Shown here one piece after another: positions 50,876 through 64,000 of a stretch of 64,000 bases of DNA. Made by a program: the position numbers and the translations under genes. The stretch is from Lama guanicoe (Eukaryota): NCBI GenBank assembly GCA_013239625.1, contig MU053594.1:2422127-2486126 (forward strand), written 5' to 3'. Below the pieces are notes generated by a model, which searched no databases, had not been told where the DNA came from, and saw nothing but the letters and a program-made list of their open reading frames with translations. Every line of letters begins with the position of its first letter. Within the stretch, counting starts at the first letter, position 1.

Positions 50876-51487
50876 AGGAGTGACTGGTGATGGAGCAGAC
50901 GATTCCCGGCAGTGTAAGAAGTGGCCCTGTGGAGGACAGATGGGGTGAAGGGGACACCTAAGCTCGTACTAGGGATGGGGTGGGGAACACATCCTGGAGG
51001 AGGTGATGCCTAAGCGGACCTCTGAAGGATGGATATCCAGGTGTTTAGGTCTTAAAATATACAAATGCAAATTCTGGCTCCAAGAGGCCCAGGAACAAAG
51101 TTATGTGGAAAATGGAGTTGTTGTAAAAGTTTAAAGAGTCTGAAACACCTAGTTTTTTGAATTTGAACTCTTAGTCCTGACCCTAATAATCCTACAGATT
51201 CTCAAGAGTTGGAAGAGATTTTTCTAGAAGGTCTCATTCAACCACAAGTCAATGCTGAAATCCTCTCCATATTAACACTGGGTGTGTTCAGCCTCTAGTC
51301 GTAAACTCAGCACCCTCTGAGAAAGCCTATTTCTTCTTTGGAGACCTCTGACTGCTACAAAGTAGGTTGAAAAGAGTCATGTTCTTAATTCCAAACTCCT
51401 CTGTCCATACAAAATAAGTTAAACCCTTCTTCCATACGTATCTCTTCAAATATTTGGAGGTAACCCATCAATTCCCAACTCTCTTGA

Positions 51488-51842
51488 TCAGTCTGGGCTG
51501 CTGTAACAAATACCACAGAGTTGGCGGCTTAAACTACAGACATTTCTCCCAGTTCTGGAGGCGGGAAGTCTGAGATCAGGATGCCAGCACGGTCGGGTTC
51601 TTGGTGGAGGTCTCCTCCTTGCTTGCCATCATCTTGCTGTGTCTTCAGGTGGCAGAAAGAGAGATCATCTTTTCCATGTGTCTCTTCTTATAAGGGCACT
51701 AATCCCATTCATGAGGGCTTCACCCTCACGGATCTAATTACCTCCATAAAGGTCCCATCTCCAAATACCATCACCCTGGGGATTAGGAGTTTAACATGAA
51801 TTAAAAGGGGTGGTGGTCAATACAAACGTTCATCCATAGCAC
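51488..51842 (-). mobile_element. MLT1A/MST-like MaLR LTR
   Basis: gggctgctgtaacaaataccac...gttctggaggc..gaagtctgagatcagg...cttataagggcactaatcccattcatgagggc...ccaaataccatcac. Confidence 0.8.
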
Positions 51843-52799
51843 CAAACTGGAATTCTCACTTCTCCAGGCAAAATATCCTCCAACCCCTCAGAAGGAGCAT
51901 AATATTTGAGAGTGAAAACCCTGGAACCAGAGTGCCTGTGTTTGAATCCCAGCTCTGCCTCTTATTAGCTGTGTGATCTTGGGCACCTGAAGATTAAGCG
52001 TGATCTTACATGTCGAGCCCTTAGGACAGTTCCCGGCATAGAGTAAGGAGGATATAAATGTTAGCTATTATCTTAGACATTGTTATGTCTCTTCAAATTG
52101 ATGGTGTATTCCTCTAAACATGTTTTCCTGTTGAATAAGTGAACACTTTCAAATGGCAGAGGGGAACTCTGGGCAGAGGTGGGTGTAGGCCAGGGCACTG
52201 TAATGTTTTGCAGGGGAAGGGAAGAGGCAGTGATTAACTGCAGTTAATCACTCTGATTAACTCAAACGTGTGTTAGAGCACATTGTCCCCTGTTGCCAGG
52301 GCCTATGTCATCCATTGTTTCCCTTCAACTTCCAGCTCTGTCTGGCCAGGTCTTTCCTCAAAGGCCAGTGCTTGGGTCTGCTTCCTCCGGCTTCTTCCGC
52401 CTCAGCCTCCTTTCCCAGGGTAAGTCGGGCGCGGAAGGCTGGTAGCTGTCCTGGGTGCTGCCCGGGCAGACACCCTGTTGCTCTTCTCCCATGTTCTCTC
52501 CTGGCTTGCTCCCCTTAAACTGCTCTGGCCAAGGCTGGGGCCAGGAGGAAGGCTTCTGTGAGCTGTGGTACACCTGCCCAATTTGATGGACAGAAGTATC
52601 TGTCAGCACCTGTCAGCCCTGCATTAGCTGGTCCAGCTCTGCCCGAGGCTCAGACAAAGCTCAGCCTGTGCTGACAGACCTTTCAGCTCCTTCAGCCACT
52701 AACAATGCCACCGACAATCTTCTTACACGCCTTCTCCTTCTTCCGCCCAATTTTAAATATTACTGTCGAATTGCCAGCACTGTACCCTCCCCAGCCCAA

Positions 52800-54250
52800 T
52801 TTTGATACCTGAAGACTCTACAAAGCTTTCACAATGACATGCTTAGTGGTTTTTTCTTTATTATTTGATGAAAAGAAGGCTCTTGTGTTCATTTCTCTTA
52901 CATAATTTTGCCCTTCACCTGCTGTGGAAATTACACATTCTATTTCCATTCTTTATGGTTACTCATAAAATTTTACCTTGCGTATTTAACAAAGCCTACA
53001 AGCAATATCTTAAACCTCCCACCAACAGACAAAATCCTGAGGACGTTAACTACTATTGCTCCTCTTCTAAGTTACATGAGTATGTATTTCCTTATATTTT
53101 AGCTTGTTTTTTTTTTTAAATTAAATCTCCACAAATTAGACATCATAATTACTTTCATCATTTTATTAAGTATAACTGCATTAGATTTACTCACATGTTC
53201 CTCATTTTCTTTGCTTACTTGTCTTCCAAAGTTTTTTTCTAGATTCATTTTCCTTCTTCTGAAATAATCCTTTAGAAAATTCCTTTTGTTGTAGGCAGTG
53301 CTGGTGGTAAACTGTTTTCATTTTTCTTTTATCTGAAAATAACTTTTCTTTTGCCCTTGTTCCTAAAAGATACATAGTTTTTCTGGGTCTACAATTGTAA
53401 CTGTACAGTTATTCTCTTCTCAGCACTTTAAGTATCACTCCACTGTCTTTCCGCTTCCATGACTGCTATTGAGAAGTTTGCTATTAAGTTTACAGGGACT
53501 CTTTGTGACAATCTTTTTTTCTTTTCTGACTACTTTTTAACATACTCCCTTTGTCTTTAAGGTTCTTCCAAGTTCACCTCATTCTATCTTGAGGTAGATT
53601 TTTAGAGATTTATTTTGCTTCGTATATGATGTGCTTCTTGTGGCTGGGGATTCATGTCTTACATAAGCTCTGGGAGAGTTTCAACCATCCTCTCCTTAAA
53701 TATTGCCTTGTCTGGATTCTCCCTGTTCTCTCCTTCTGGTACTTTGTTTAGATGTATCTTAAACATTTTACTTTTATCCTCTGTATATCCTTTACATTTC
53801 ATTACCTTCTCTATATCCATGATTCTCTCTTCTATATTTCAGTATAGATTAGTATAGATTTTTTTTCAGATTTACATTCAGTTCACTAATTCCTTCTTCA
53901 ACTATAGCTAATTTGCTGTTTAACACAGACATTTAATTTTTTTAGTGTCAATAATTACATAGTTTTTTCATTTCTTTAGATTCCATTTGGCTTTTAAAAA
54001 ATTGGCTTGGTTTTGTGTTGCATCCTCATTATTTATGTTATTGTATATTTTGTATTTGGTGATTCTAATATCTGAAAGTCCTGGGAATTTAACTTTATTG
54101 TTTATTCTGGCTCTCATTCCTAGTGATTTGTTTCCATATGTGTTGAGTGATCTTGGGTTGAAACTCGTATCTGGCTGACCTTAACCTGTCAAAATCTGAG
54201 GTCTTAAATTGAGGCTGTGTTCCTCCAGAAGATTTATGTTTCTATTTCTT
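52800..54250 (-). mobile_element. Ancient, highly diverged LINE-1 (L1M-like) fragment
   Basis: Long T-rich stretch with motifs such as ctgctattgagaagtttgct and tctgggagagtttcaaccat..ttaaatatt. Boundaries approximate. Confidence 0.55.
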
Positions 54251-55159
54251 GGGAAGCAACTCTCTTCCAGGTTCCCCAGGTTAATCCTGAGTCCCAAGTT
54301 CAACTTTCCAATTGTGGCAAAATCAGCTCAAGGACCAGTTTTCATGCATCAAGCTAATTTGGACACCTGTCCTTTGGGGAAGTCTGCCTTTCTGGTGTGA
54401 TCAACGCTCATCATTCAATGTCCTTATTTCTGCTTAAACAGTTCCCCCACCTCCCATGCCAATGCTCAACTCAGTCCCCTCAACCTGCCCCACTCCCAGC
54501 TTTGGAGATTTCCCTTACTTCCTGACAGCTCAACAAATCAGCAAAATCTGTGTTAGGCAGGATCCACTTTTGCTGTGGGTGGGATCGCCCCACCTCCAGA
54601 CCTTCGACTCTGCCTGAAACAGAATCAAATCCCTAACTATTGAAACTAGATGTGCCTTCCAGATTTTTGCACAGCAGCCTTTATTTTTAACCTTTTATTT
54701 TTCTATGGCTTCCAACTTTTTCCAGCACAGATTTAATTTATAATAAAAGTATTTCATAGGCATGGACTTGTAGTAATTTCATAAACACATTATTAGGCAC
54801 ATGGCCAAATGTGTTATATGTACTACCTCATTTAACTATCACAAGCACCCCAGATGATAAGTAATAGTATTTTCATCTTAATGATGAGGACATTGAAACA
54901 GAGAGAATAACCCAGGTTCCCCTGCAGGTAGGGCTGATGGTGGAGGTGGTGGTGGTGGTAGTGGGTGGGATTAAACAAAGAGCTTTATGGTTTCAGAGCT
55001 TATTTCTTAACTATCACACCATACTACCTTCCAAGAGTTTTAATAACTTAGGAATAAAAGTGGGAAAACATCATAGTTAAAAAAATTAGTGTAAAGGACC
55101 ATTCAGAGAGATCATATAATTATATAAAAGCTCACAAAGAAGATTTAGTGGGATTTATA

Positions 55160-55291
55160 CTTCCACATATATATATATATTCCACATATATTCTATATGT
55201 ATATTCCATATATGTATTCCATATATGTATTCTCTCTCTCTATTATATACATATATATATTCCATATATATACATTCCATATATATATATT
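55160..55291. repeat. Degenerate AT-rich tandem repeat (units of roughly TATATTCCA)
   Basis: Repeated ttccacatata / ttccatatat units are directly visible. Confidence 0.85.
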
Positions 55292-57169
55292 CTTTAGTCC
55301 TTTCATGGATATTCTATTTTGGGGGTGTGTGTCAGCTTTATTAAGATATAATTTACATATAATAAAATTCATAAATTTTAAGCATACATTTTGATGAATT
55401 TTAACCATTTAAACAAATTCCTGTGGCCCACCACCATGATATAAAACATTTCCATCTAATTAATTATTTATAGCTCTAATACGTGCTGTGCCCTCTATGG
55501 TGGCCTGGGAAATATTTAGATGGATAAATAATATAAAAATCAATGGCAACACACAACTTTATTTCATCTCACAGAACACAGAGGAGTTCCAAAGGGCCTA
55601 TAGTGGGACTGGGAAGGAGTTCACTGGACAGATTTCAGAACTGACACCCCAGATTTTATAGGTTGAGAAAGAACAGCCCCGAACATGCATGTGCAGCGTG
55701 TGCACTAGTCATCACACGTGTGTGAAGGGAGAACACGTTCCTTTTCCCTTGTTCAAGATGTTACATTCACTCAGTTGCATCTCACTGTATGAATTCTCCA
55801 GAAGTAATACTGAAATTAATATTGAAAAGCCCATAACTTTTGACCAAGCGAGATGGTATATGATTTTTATTTTGCATACTGCAAACAACAGGATCCTGCA
55901 ATGCCAGGTAGCCAAATTTAGAGGTTTACATTTGAATGAAATTTGCCAGTCTGCAACTTCCTGTAGCTAACACAGCAGCCTCACAGCTGCCCCAAAAGCC
56001 CCTCCATGAAAATGAGTTAATTTGAACTAATAGATCACATGGTAGGAAAGTGATAAGATTAGGCATTTCCCTTGAGTACATTTATAGTCATTTTTATGAC
56101 CCTGTAGTATTTTTAGATGCCAACCTAAGGAATATATTGAAATGTACTAAGGAAGGGTATTCTGAGTAGCCTAAGATTTTTTTCACACTGATGTATACTA
56201 TATTTTTAAAATTCTGATGATAAAGTTTAGAAAATGTCTCTAAACGTAAAGATGTTGCTCCTAATGCTTAAATAATAATCATAACCACTTGTGAATAGCC
56301 AGGATCCCTTTTCAAGGAATTCACAGTACTTTATATATTTAAATTCTTCCTATCTATGATTGGGAAAGAGGTGGAGCTGATGATATGCTGAATATTTTAA
56401 TGGTTTTAGAAAATTAGTAATAATATGTTAATGAATTAGATACACTGTAAGTCACATGATTTTCCTTCAGCTTTGAAAAGAATGTAAAGTCAATGCCAGA
56501 CATAACACAGTTCGCCTTTAAAAGGGTATCTGTGTTGGACGGAATGCCTTCTTTCTTCAGAAGAAAATGGGCATAGAGAATTAGATCCCTCAGTTAATCT
56601 GACAAATATGTGGCAGAACCGAGGGACATTCTGATTGGTGTGAAATCCTATACAGTGACTAAACTATACCAAACCTATTCTAATAAAACTTACTCGTTTT
56701 GCAACGTTTGAAAGAGGTTTTGATTTATGGACCAGTTTTATCTGAATTATACAGTAATTTAATCATAAATAAGAAAGATACTCTATAATGAACAGCAACT
56801 ACGGCTATAAGCATCTGCCATGTGCCAGATGCTTTATATAATGTTATCTTATTACGAAGTAGATATTGCCATCGCAGGTTTACGAAAGAGGAAGCCAAGC
56901 ATCAGAAAAGTTAAGTAATGTGCTTCAAACCACCCACCTAGTAAATTACAAAACTAGGCTTCAAACTGAAACTCTCTGACTCCCAAATTTATGCTTCTTT
57001 AACCTCCCAATGACAAAACAAGAAAGTTCTGTGCACCAGCCCTTCCATCAAACCAAAGATATTTACTGGGCACCTCTGATGTCCTGGGCACAGTGCTGAA
57101 TGTCTCACGTGCAAGAGAAAAATGACCAAAGGGCTTAGATTAGGATCTACTCAGGGACACAAGCCATTT

Positions 57170-57634
57170 GTGCTAGATTAAATATGGCCACAATTACCTT
57201 GCAGCTCCTCCCTTCAGTAAGTGGAGTCAATCCCTCTATCCCTTGAATCTGGGATGGCTTTGACTCATAGAATATGGCAGAAGTGATGCTGTGTGAGTTT
57301 CAGAGTCAAGGCTTCAAGAGAACTTGCTGTTTTCACCTTTGCTTGCTTGAAATGCTGCCTTACGATTTCCTCTTAAGAAAGTCAGGCTAGCCTCCTGGAG
57401 GATGAGGGACTGTGTGGCAGTGAATCCAGACACTCCTGCTGACAGCTAGCACCAACTGCCAGAGGTGGAAGGAGTCATCCTGGACTTCCCAGCATGGCTG
57501 GACCTCAAGCTGAATGCAACTTGCTTGAGTGCACAGAGGTGCACAGCCAACCCACAGAATTGTGAGAAAGAATAAAACATGACTATAAATTACTAAGACT
57601 TAGGTGAGTTCTTATGCAGCAATAAGTAACTGAT
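57170..57634 (+). mobile_element. Old MLT1-type MaLR LTR
   Basis: cccttgaatctgggatggc...agaatatggcagaagtgatgctgtgtgag...cccacagaattgtgaga...aataaa...ttatgcagcaata. Confidence 0.7.
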
Positions 57635-60600
57635 AGAGACATACTCAGCAGAAAGTTGCTTATGGTAGAGAACAGTAGGTACCTAGTTTTCAGGTGCATG
57701 GTCCATGCTCTACGCACTGTAGAAGTCAGAAAATGGGCAAGTCCATGTGCTGAGGATTTAAATTTGGCACTGAAAGATGAGCGGATGCAGAGGAGATGGG
57801 AGCTCCCGGGTGTAAGGAATTTGGTGAGCCAAGTACAGAAGTGGAAACATAGAGTTCGTCTTCAAGGAATAATAAGCAAGTTGATTTGTCCAGAGCAGAA
57901 GTTTCACTTAATTGATTAAATAAAAATGTCTTGTGTGCTTACTAAGCATCAGGAGTGTGGTAATTTCCTGAAATACAACGAGATATTGAAGGCATGGATT
58001 CTATTCTTTGGGAGCAAATGGTTTCATAAAGGAGACAGTTGCATATATATCTATGTCATTGGTACAATAATAAAGGTAAGAGTTGAGGAGACTAGCATTT
58101 CATGAACACTTATTCCATGCCAGACTCTGCGTCAGGCACTTGTCATATCTCAGTGTGTGAATTTTAGTGACAAGTAGCATTTGTGTGCTTCATGTGCTCT
58201 GCAGGGTGCTAAATGATTCACACACATAATCTCATTAAAGCCTTTGCCGTTAACCAAGGAAATACACTGTTGTAAATTGCTGTATCTCTTGATGACAAAT
58301 TGGACAACTCATAGACCATACAAAGGGCTTGTCAAGGTCACAAAGCTGGTGAGTGACATAGGCTGGATTCTAACAGACCTACTCTCACCATGATTTATTG
58401 CAGGTGGGGCTGGGGGTGGGGGTAAGGAGGAGGGTAGGGCTGGAGGTGAGCTGCTGTCTTGAGGGAAGATGACTGTACCCATTATACTCTCGGTGATGTA
58501 TGAGCCCAGTGTTGAAGGATGAAAGGAGATTAGTCAGCAGATAGGATAAGAGTCCTTGTAGCTGGGGAGCAAAGCAAAGTCTCACATGTGTGGACAGCAT
58601 GTCACAGACATGGAAGTGTCTGCAGGAAGGATGAAGAGTGGCTGGAGGTGGGAGTAGGAGTCAGGTCATGAAAAGCTTTTTTGAGCCACACTGGGGAGCT
58701 TGGACTTGGTCTGGTAGCAGGCAGTGGTCCTTTACACGCTTCTTAGCAGCATAGACATGCTGAAAGGGGCATTCTAGGAAATTTAATCTGGGGCTGAGTG
58801 ATGGGTCAGAAATGGTTGGGGTGGGGAGTGAGTGTATGGGTTACTGTAGCTGAACAGACCCACTGATGTGGGTCTGATGGGCTCTCGGGAGGGTGGGGTT
58901 TCAGGAGGCCAGCAGGTGACGTTTACATCCTCCTCTATTTGGCTTTATGTTAGAGCCTGGCAAGGGTTGATACACACCCTGTGGGTGCTCAGAGCTGCTG
59001 GCCACCTGTCTAAGTTGTAGCAGTTCCCAGGGCCCTTGCTCACTCTTCTTTATCACCAACCTCCCCGCTGATACCCGTGTTTGTGAAGAGGGCCCTGGCA
59101 CGTCTTCCTCCTACTGCCCTATTTACAGAAGAAAAAAATCCCTACGTTCTTAAATGATTTAATAGAGCATTGTATAGGTCCAATCGTAAAGCCTGTAAGA
59201 ATTTGTGAGGAAGGAATATTGAAATGTAGATCCTCAAAAACATTTACCTTGCATGTAGAAAGCCTAGATTTACCTCACAAAGAAAGGGCTTACTGGTTTT
59301 ATGCACCTGGTTTCCAGTAGCACCACCTCAGCTGACAGTAGGGACCACGTAATGGACAGAAAATGGAGACGTGGAAGGCTTCCTGCCTTCAAATGTATGG
59401 AGGTAAAACCAAGACTAAAAGTGACTTGTTTAAATTCCCTCTTGGGGGAAGGGAATTGGAGAACACTAATTTATGCATTTTGTAATAGTGCATGTAAATA
59501 TCTAACACAGATTGTGATGTTTATTAACTTGCTGGAGCAACAGCTTAATTTCCTTTTAATAAAATGTCATAGTAAAATTCTGGAAGATTGCATGTGAGAC
59601 TCTCGGGACGTGGGAGGAAGGGGCTGGTGGGCAGGGGAGGTGAGTCGGCTTCTTTTTCTTTTTTTGTTTTTACTTTATACTGTTTTATAATGTTTGAAGT
59701 TTTACCACATGTTATTTTTATAATTAAAACAACCAGGTAATAAAAGTTAAAATATAGAAATTAGGTCTTATATCTCTACTGCACATATCAAAATTCTAAA
59801 AACCCCCGATACTCCAAGTGTCTTCTATTTCTGGGATATGAACTACTTAATGTCCTTTGGAAAGTAATACTGTTACAGAATTCCACCTTTCTGACAGTTT
59901 CTTGCAGTTTTACTAGTAAAAGTCTTCTGCTTGGCACGAAATTATGTCCACGCTGCCTCCGTGAGAAAGTGATTTCTGTTGCCTAAGTTACAAAATGAAA
60001 CACTTTTCTGTTGTAAACCCTGGGTCTTAGTGTGCCTTTGGAATGCTATTTGTATTTATACAGCTACATTAAAACAACAGGAACCACTGGGATGCATGTT
60101 AATAAATGGTGCTGTGCACTCTGGTCAGAACAGAATCTGCAGAACTTCAGCTTTGCCAGATGGACTCGCTCTGTCTGTTTTCACTGCAAAACCTGATTAT
60201 TTTTGCAAGCTGTGTGAAAGAATTCACCACCAGGAAATATTTTAAATTTCATGACATTAAAAAAAACCCTACAGAACCAATAGAACAGCTGAAAAAATAA
60301 GTCTCTTTCAAAAAGTTTGCCTTTATTCTTATTATTTAAAAAAAAAAGTCTGCAATTGGGAAAGAAGCAGGTGGTTGGGTGGGGAACGTGGACAGCCCTG
60401 GAAATGTGGTTCAGTTCCCTAAACAGGGCAGGACAGTGGGCCAATTAAAGTCAGACAATGGGCCATTTTGAAAGCTTTAGATAAAACATTCATTCAAATG
60501 AATACCAGGGATATAATATGGACTTCTGTATTCAAACATTGGCATTTTGAGTTTACAAGGTATTGCCTGCTCGAAAAATGTTTTTTTTTTTTCTTTTATA

Positions 60601-63600
60601 AGTCTTTCTGGACTCTGGAAGGGGGTTCGTTGGCAACATTAATGAGCAATATGCAAAACACTGTGCCACGGGACTGAGCGAAAGGTGTGGGGGGACGTTC
60701 CCAGGGCAGAAACAGCTTCCCTTTATCAATAACCATGCAAACATTCCGAATGAATGGATCCTTCTGCTGGCAATTCAGAAGAAAGTAGCAAGGGCAAGTG
60801 AGGTGCACTCACTAAGGAAAAATGAGAGTTTCCCTAAGAATTTAATAATCAAACAATGAGAACAGTTACTTCCAGAAAATAAAAAGAAAATTAAAATGAT
60901 ATAAGAAAAGTAAAACATCAGCAAAGCAGGAAGATGCACGTTGGGCTGTCTGGTGCCCATTCGCTGTTCCAGGCAAGAACGAAATTCCTACTAAAGCCAG
61001 AACACTTTGTAGGAAGGATTCATTTATGAGAGTTGAAGATGAAAAATAATCTTTATGGTAAATTTTAAGAGATCATAGAAGAGCATAAGAACTTTTTGTA
61101 ATAGCGGTGGTACAGATACATCACACTTGGATGTCTTCAGAGCTGGGGCTGCCTCTGTCCAAAGCTTATGCTTTCCGACCACGGAGTCAACAGAACATTT
61201 GTGTGCTCTGCTTTTAATTTGACAGTATAGCGAAGGCTGCAAGGGCTGTAATTTCTTCCTTTTAAATTGATGTAGGGCCAACTCCCTAAATTCAATTTCG
61301 GTATTAGTAAAGGCTTCCACCTGTCTTTAGCATGGAATAGAAAAAACCGCCCAGAAATGAGACCATTGGTGGTTCCTCCTCGCCCCATCTTTTCCTATAT
61401 GTTCATAAGAAGGTAAGAGCTTAAGATTATAAGAGCTTAAGGAGATTACTCTCCCCTTCCCTTAGTGGCTATTGAGTATACACATGACTCTTCAGCAAGT
61501 ACAACTGAGAGAGAGTGCTGGATACCACCTAGGGTGTAAAAGCATTTAAGAGACAGAGTTGACCAGAGTCAGCAGGTCAACTGAGCTGGTAAGCTCTGCA
61601 TTGCACTAGGCTCGGGGACCTCTTCCAGCCTTGGAAAGGGGGCTGATAAGATCGCTTCCCCCTCGAGTGGGAGGAGTGGCATTCTCCATCCTGTCCCAGG
61701 AGCGAGCCGTGCGATCCCAGCCCCTCAAGTCAGCTCTGCACATTCAGAAAAGAAATCGTACTTCAGCCAAAGGCATGGCAGGACAGTAAGCTTCAGGCAA
61801 GAAGAGGTCTGAGTGAAATGGGTTGGGCAAAGCAGGCCCTAGACTGCTCTAAAACAGCTGCAAAGTGTCTTCTGCAAGGTCAGTGTGGTGTGCTGTCACT
61901 CTGGCTCTGGAAATGCCTTCCTCTTGTACAGGGAGGGCCAGGTACCATGAAGAGCCCAAGAGACCAGGGGTCCGGGGGTGGTGGGGAACAGCAGAGAGGC
62001 AGTATACTCTGGAAGCGGGTTCTGGGACGGGACCAGAGACAGATTCTAGAAGGAAATGAGAAATTTCTGTGTCTAGGTTCTTCTAAGGTGTCTGGGTATC
62101 ACAGGAGGAGAAGATCCTGGCTCTGATTTGGGCTGGATGTGGCATCATCTGAGCCGTCTACGGAATCACTGCAGGGACAGGCAGGGAGACAGACGGTGGC
62201 TGAGAGGGAGTGAATTCATGATGGGGTCCAGCACCACGTGGGGTGAGCAGAGCACTGAGCAGAGGACCTGAAGCAAAGTGGGTATTCCGAAGCTCATCCT
62301 TCCTTGGACCAGAAATGAAAATATAAGAAGACAATACATTGGGTAAAATAAAAACTGAGGAGTCCAGCGAACGTGGGTCCAAGTCTAAGCTGCACCGATT
62401 TCTACCTGATTCTTAGTTTCTTCATCTGAAAAGTAGGTAATGAGCGTCACCCTCTTAAGGCTATGGAGGGAACGCCAAAGACAGCCGGGGTGACGGAAGG
62501 GGACTCAGGCCTAGAAGTCACCTCACTGCCCGACTCATGCCCGTCTTTGGCCGGATGTCAAAGGCCATTTTCACTGCACGCAATTGTTCTTCTGCTTCAC
62601 GTAATTTGTTTCCTGTTGCCTATTTCCCTTGCAGACTCCACCTGCAAAATTCTAGTTGAACTAGAAGAAAGGAGATTTCTCTTTCTCAGAATAAAAAAGA
62701 GGTTACAGTGTGGTCTTGAGTGGACCCCTCAGGATGAGGGTGGAGTGGAACCCGTTCTGGGGTCTGGAAGACCAGCAAGTCAGAAAGGTAGACAGCGGAG
62801 CCCAGAGGGCAGAAGGGGGCCATGGAAACGCTGTGCAGGCTGGTGCCCTCCCATCTTACCACTCATAATATTATATGATCCTTTGTAATTGAGGAAACAT
62901 AGGCTTAAAAAAGGAACTCGTTAGGTCAGTAAATTGGTGGCAAATCCTGATCAAAAGGTTCAGACTTTTATTTCCTTCTTCCTGCCATTTGAAGTTGGTG
63001 TTTTCATAAAACAGCCGTCCAAAGAGGGAACTATAACACCCGGTTTGCTATCCAGGACTGCTTATGTCTTTGGATATTTGTGACCGCAGAATGGGAGCAC
63101 TTGAATCTATTTTAATGAAGCGCGACAAGTTGGAGCTGTGACTGTAGCTAGCCTGTCCTGAAGAATGAAGGAGGAAGGCATTGTTGAGTCAGAGTGAAAA
63201 TAAGGTTGCTCACTGTAGCTTCTGCTGTCTTGCTTCATTTGCTCAGAGTGAACCAACTCTTCAAATCTACAAAAGTCACCCAGTGGCTTTATATCTATCA
63301 CATTAGAGCGGGTAGTAATGGAGACAGAAGCATCTAGTTCCCAAGGCTGCTGTTCAGCACTCACCACCACCTGGGGTTACCTGCCTTTGCACAACCCACG
63401 TACATGGTAACAATTATCAAAGGCTACCGTGCTCCGAGGACTGTCGAAACCACCAAAGCTGCCATCTGCTGAACACTTACAACTGTGCCAAAGGCTTCTT
63501 ATACCTTATCTAATTTAATTTTCATGACACGTCTCTGGTGGGTATCACTCTCCCCACGTACATGGAAGGAAAGCGAAGTCCAGAGAAGTCCAACCACTTT

Positions 63601-64000
63601 CACACAATAGAGTCAGATTCTCAGTCTGTCAGGCTCCAGAACCCAGGTTCTTAACCGTTCTATCACACTGCTGTTCCGCCCGGGCTGGAGGCTCCAAACG
63701 GAACAAACGGAAATAGCAAGAATTTATTAGCCAGTTGGGAGAGAGATTTAAGACAACAAGCAGTGATAGTGCATACACAGTATTAAATAGCAATTATACT
63801 GACTGAGTACAGACCACGTGCAAAGCCCTTGACAAGCCCTAACCCTAATGATCACCTTGCAAGGCAGGTAGTAATACCCCCTTTTGGCAGCAACAGTAAA
63901 AGACCTTTACGGTCACCATGTAGTTGGCAAACAGAAGAGCTGGGATCAGAGTGCAGACTCTTCCCCACGCCATGCTGCTTGTGTGTTAGATGAGAAATGT

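Noticed and set aside
63107..63370. 87-aa ORF with protein-like composition
   Set aside because: No recognised homology and a non-ATG start; cannot be supported without a database search.
49544..64000. Search for the POU2AF2 OCA-motif exon (RVYQGVRVKHTVKDLL-like)
   Set aside because: Not found by eye. The QGVYQP in ORF 58901..59101 is a chance resemblance lacking the rest of the motif. The exon probably lies beyond the window.

Overview
Mammalian genomic DNA, most likely a camelid (camel, alpaca or llama), inferred from five copies of a tRNA-Ala-derived Vic-1-like SINE. The window holds two tandem minus-strand members of the OCA-B (POU2AF1)-like coactivator family. (1) A complete five-exon POU2AF3 (COLCA2 / OCA-T2): CDS join 35994-35988, 34165-34071, 30072-30018, 28619-28390, 27005-26634, 252 aa, including the OCA motif KVYQGVRVKITVKELLQQRR. 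The ORF track misses this protein. (2) The last three coding exons of POU2AF2 (C11orf53 / OCA-T1): 49543-49501, 47057-46759, 45547-45146. Its OCA-motif exon was not found and probably lies beyond the right edge. A CpG island covers POU2AF3 intron 1, the expected site of the antisense COLCA1-type transcript. The rest is intergenic or intronic, with L1s, SINEs, LTRs, MIR/MER relics and microsatellites. The gene system itself is known (POU2F3 cofactors of the tuft-cell lineage). The more unusual observations are an apparent gene-conversion tract between two inverted L1s, a strongly GC-shifted POU2AF2 exon, octamer clusters suggesting autoregulation, a duplicated CxSCE motif in OCA-T2 and a perfect 24-bp palindrome. 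Comparisons with human proteins and repeat families are from memory, not from a database search.
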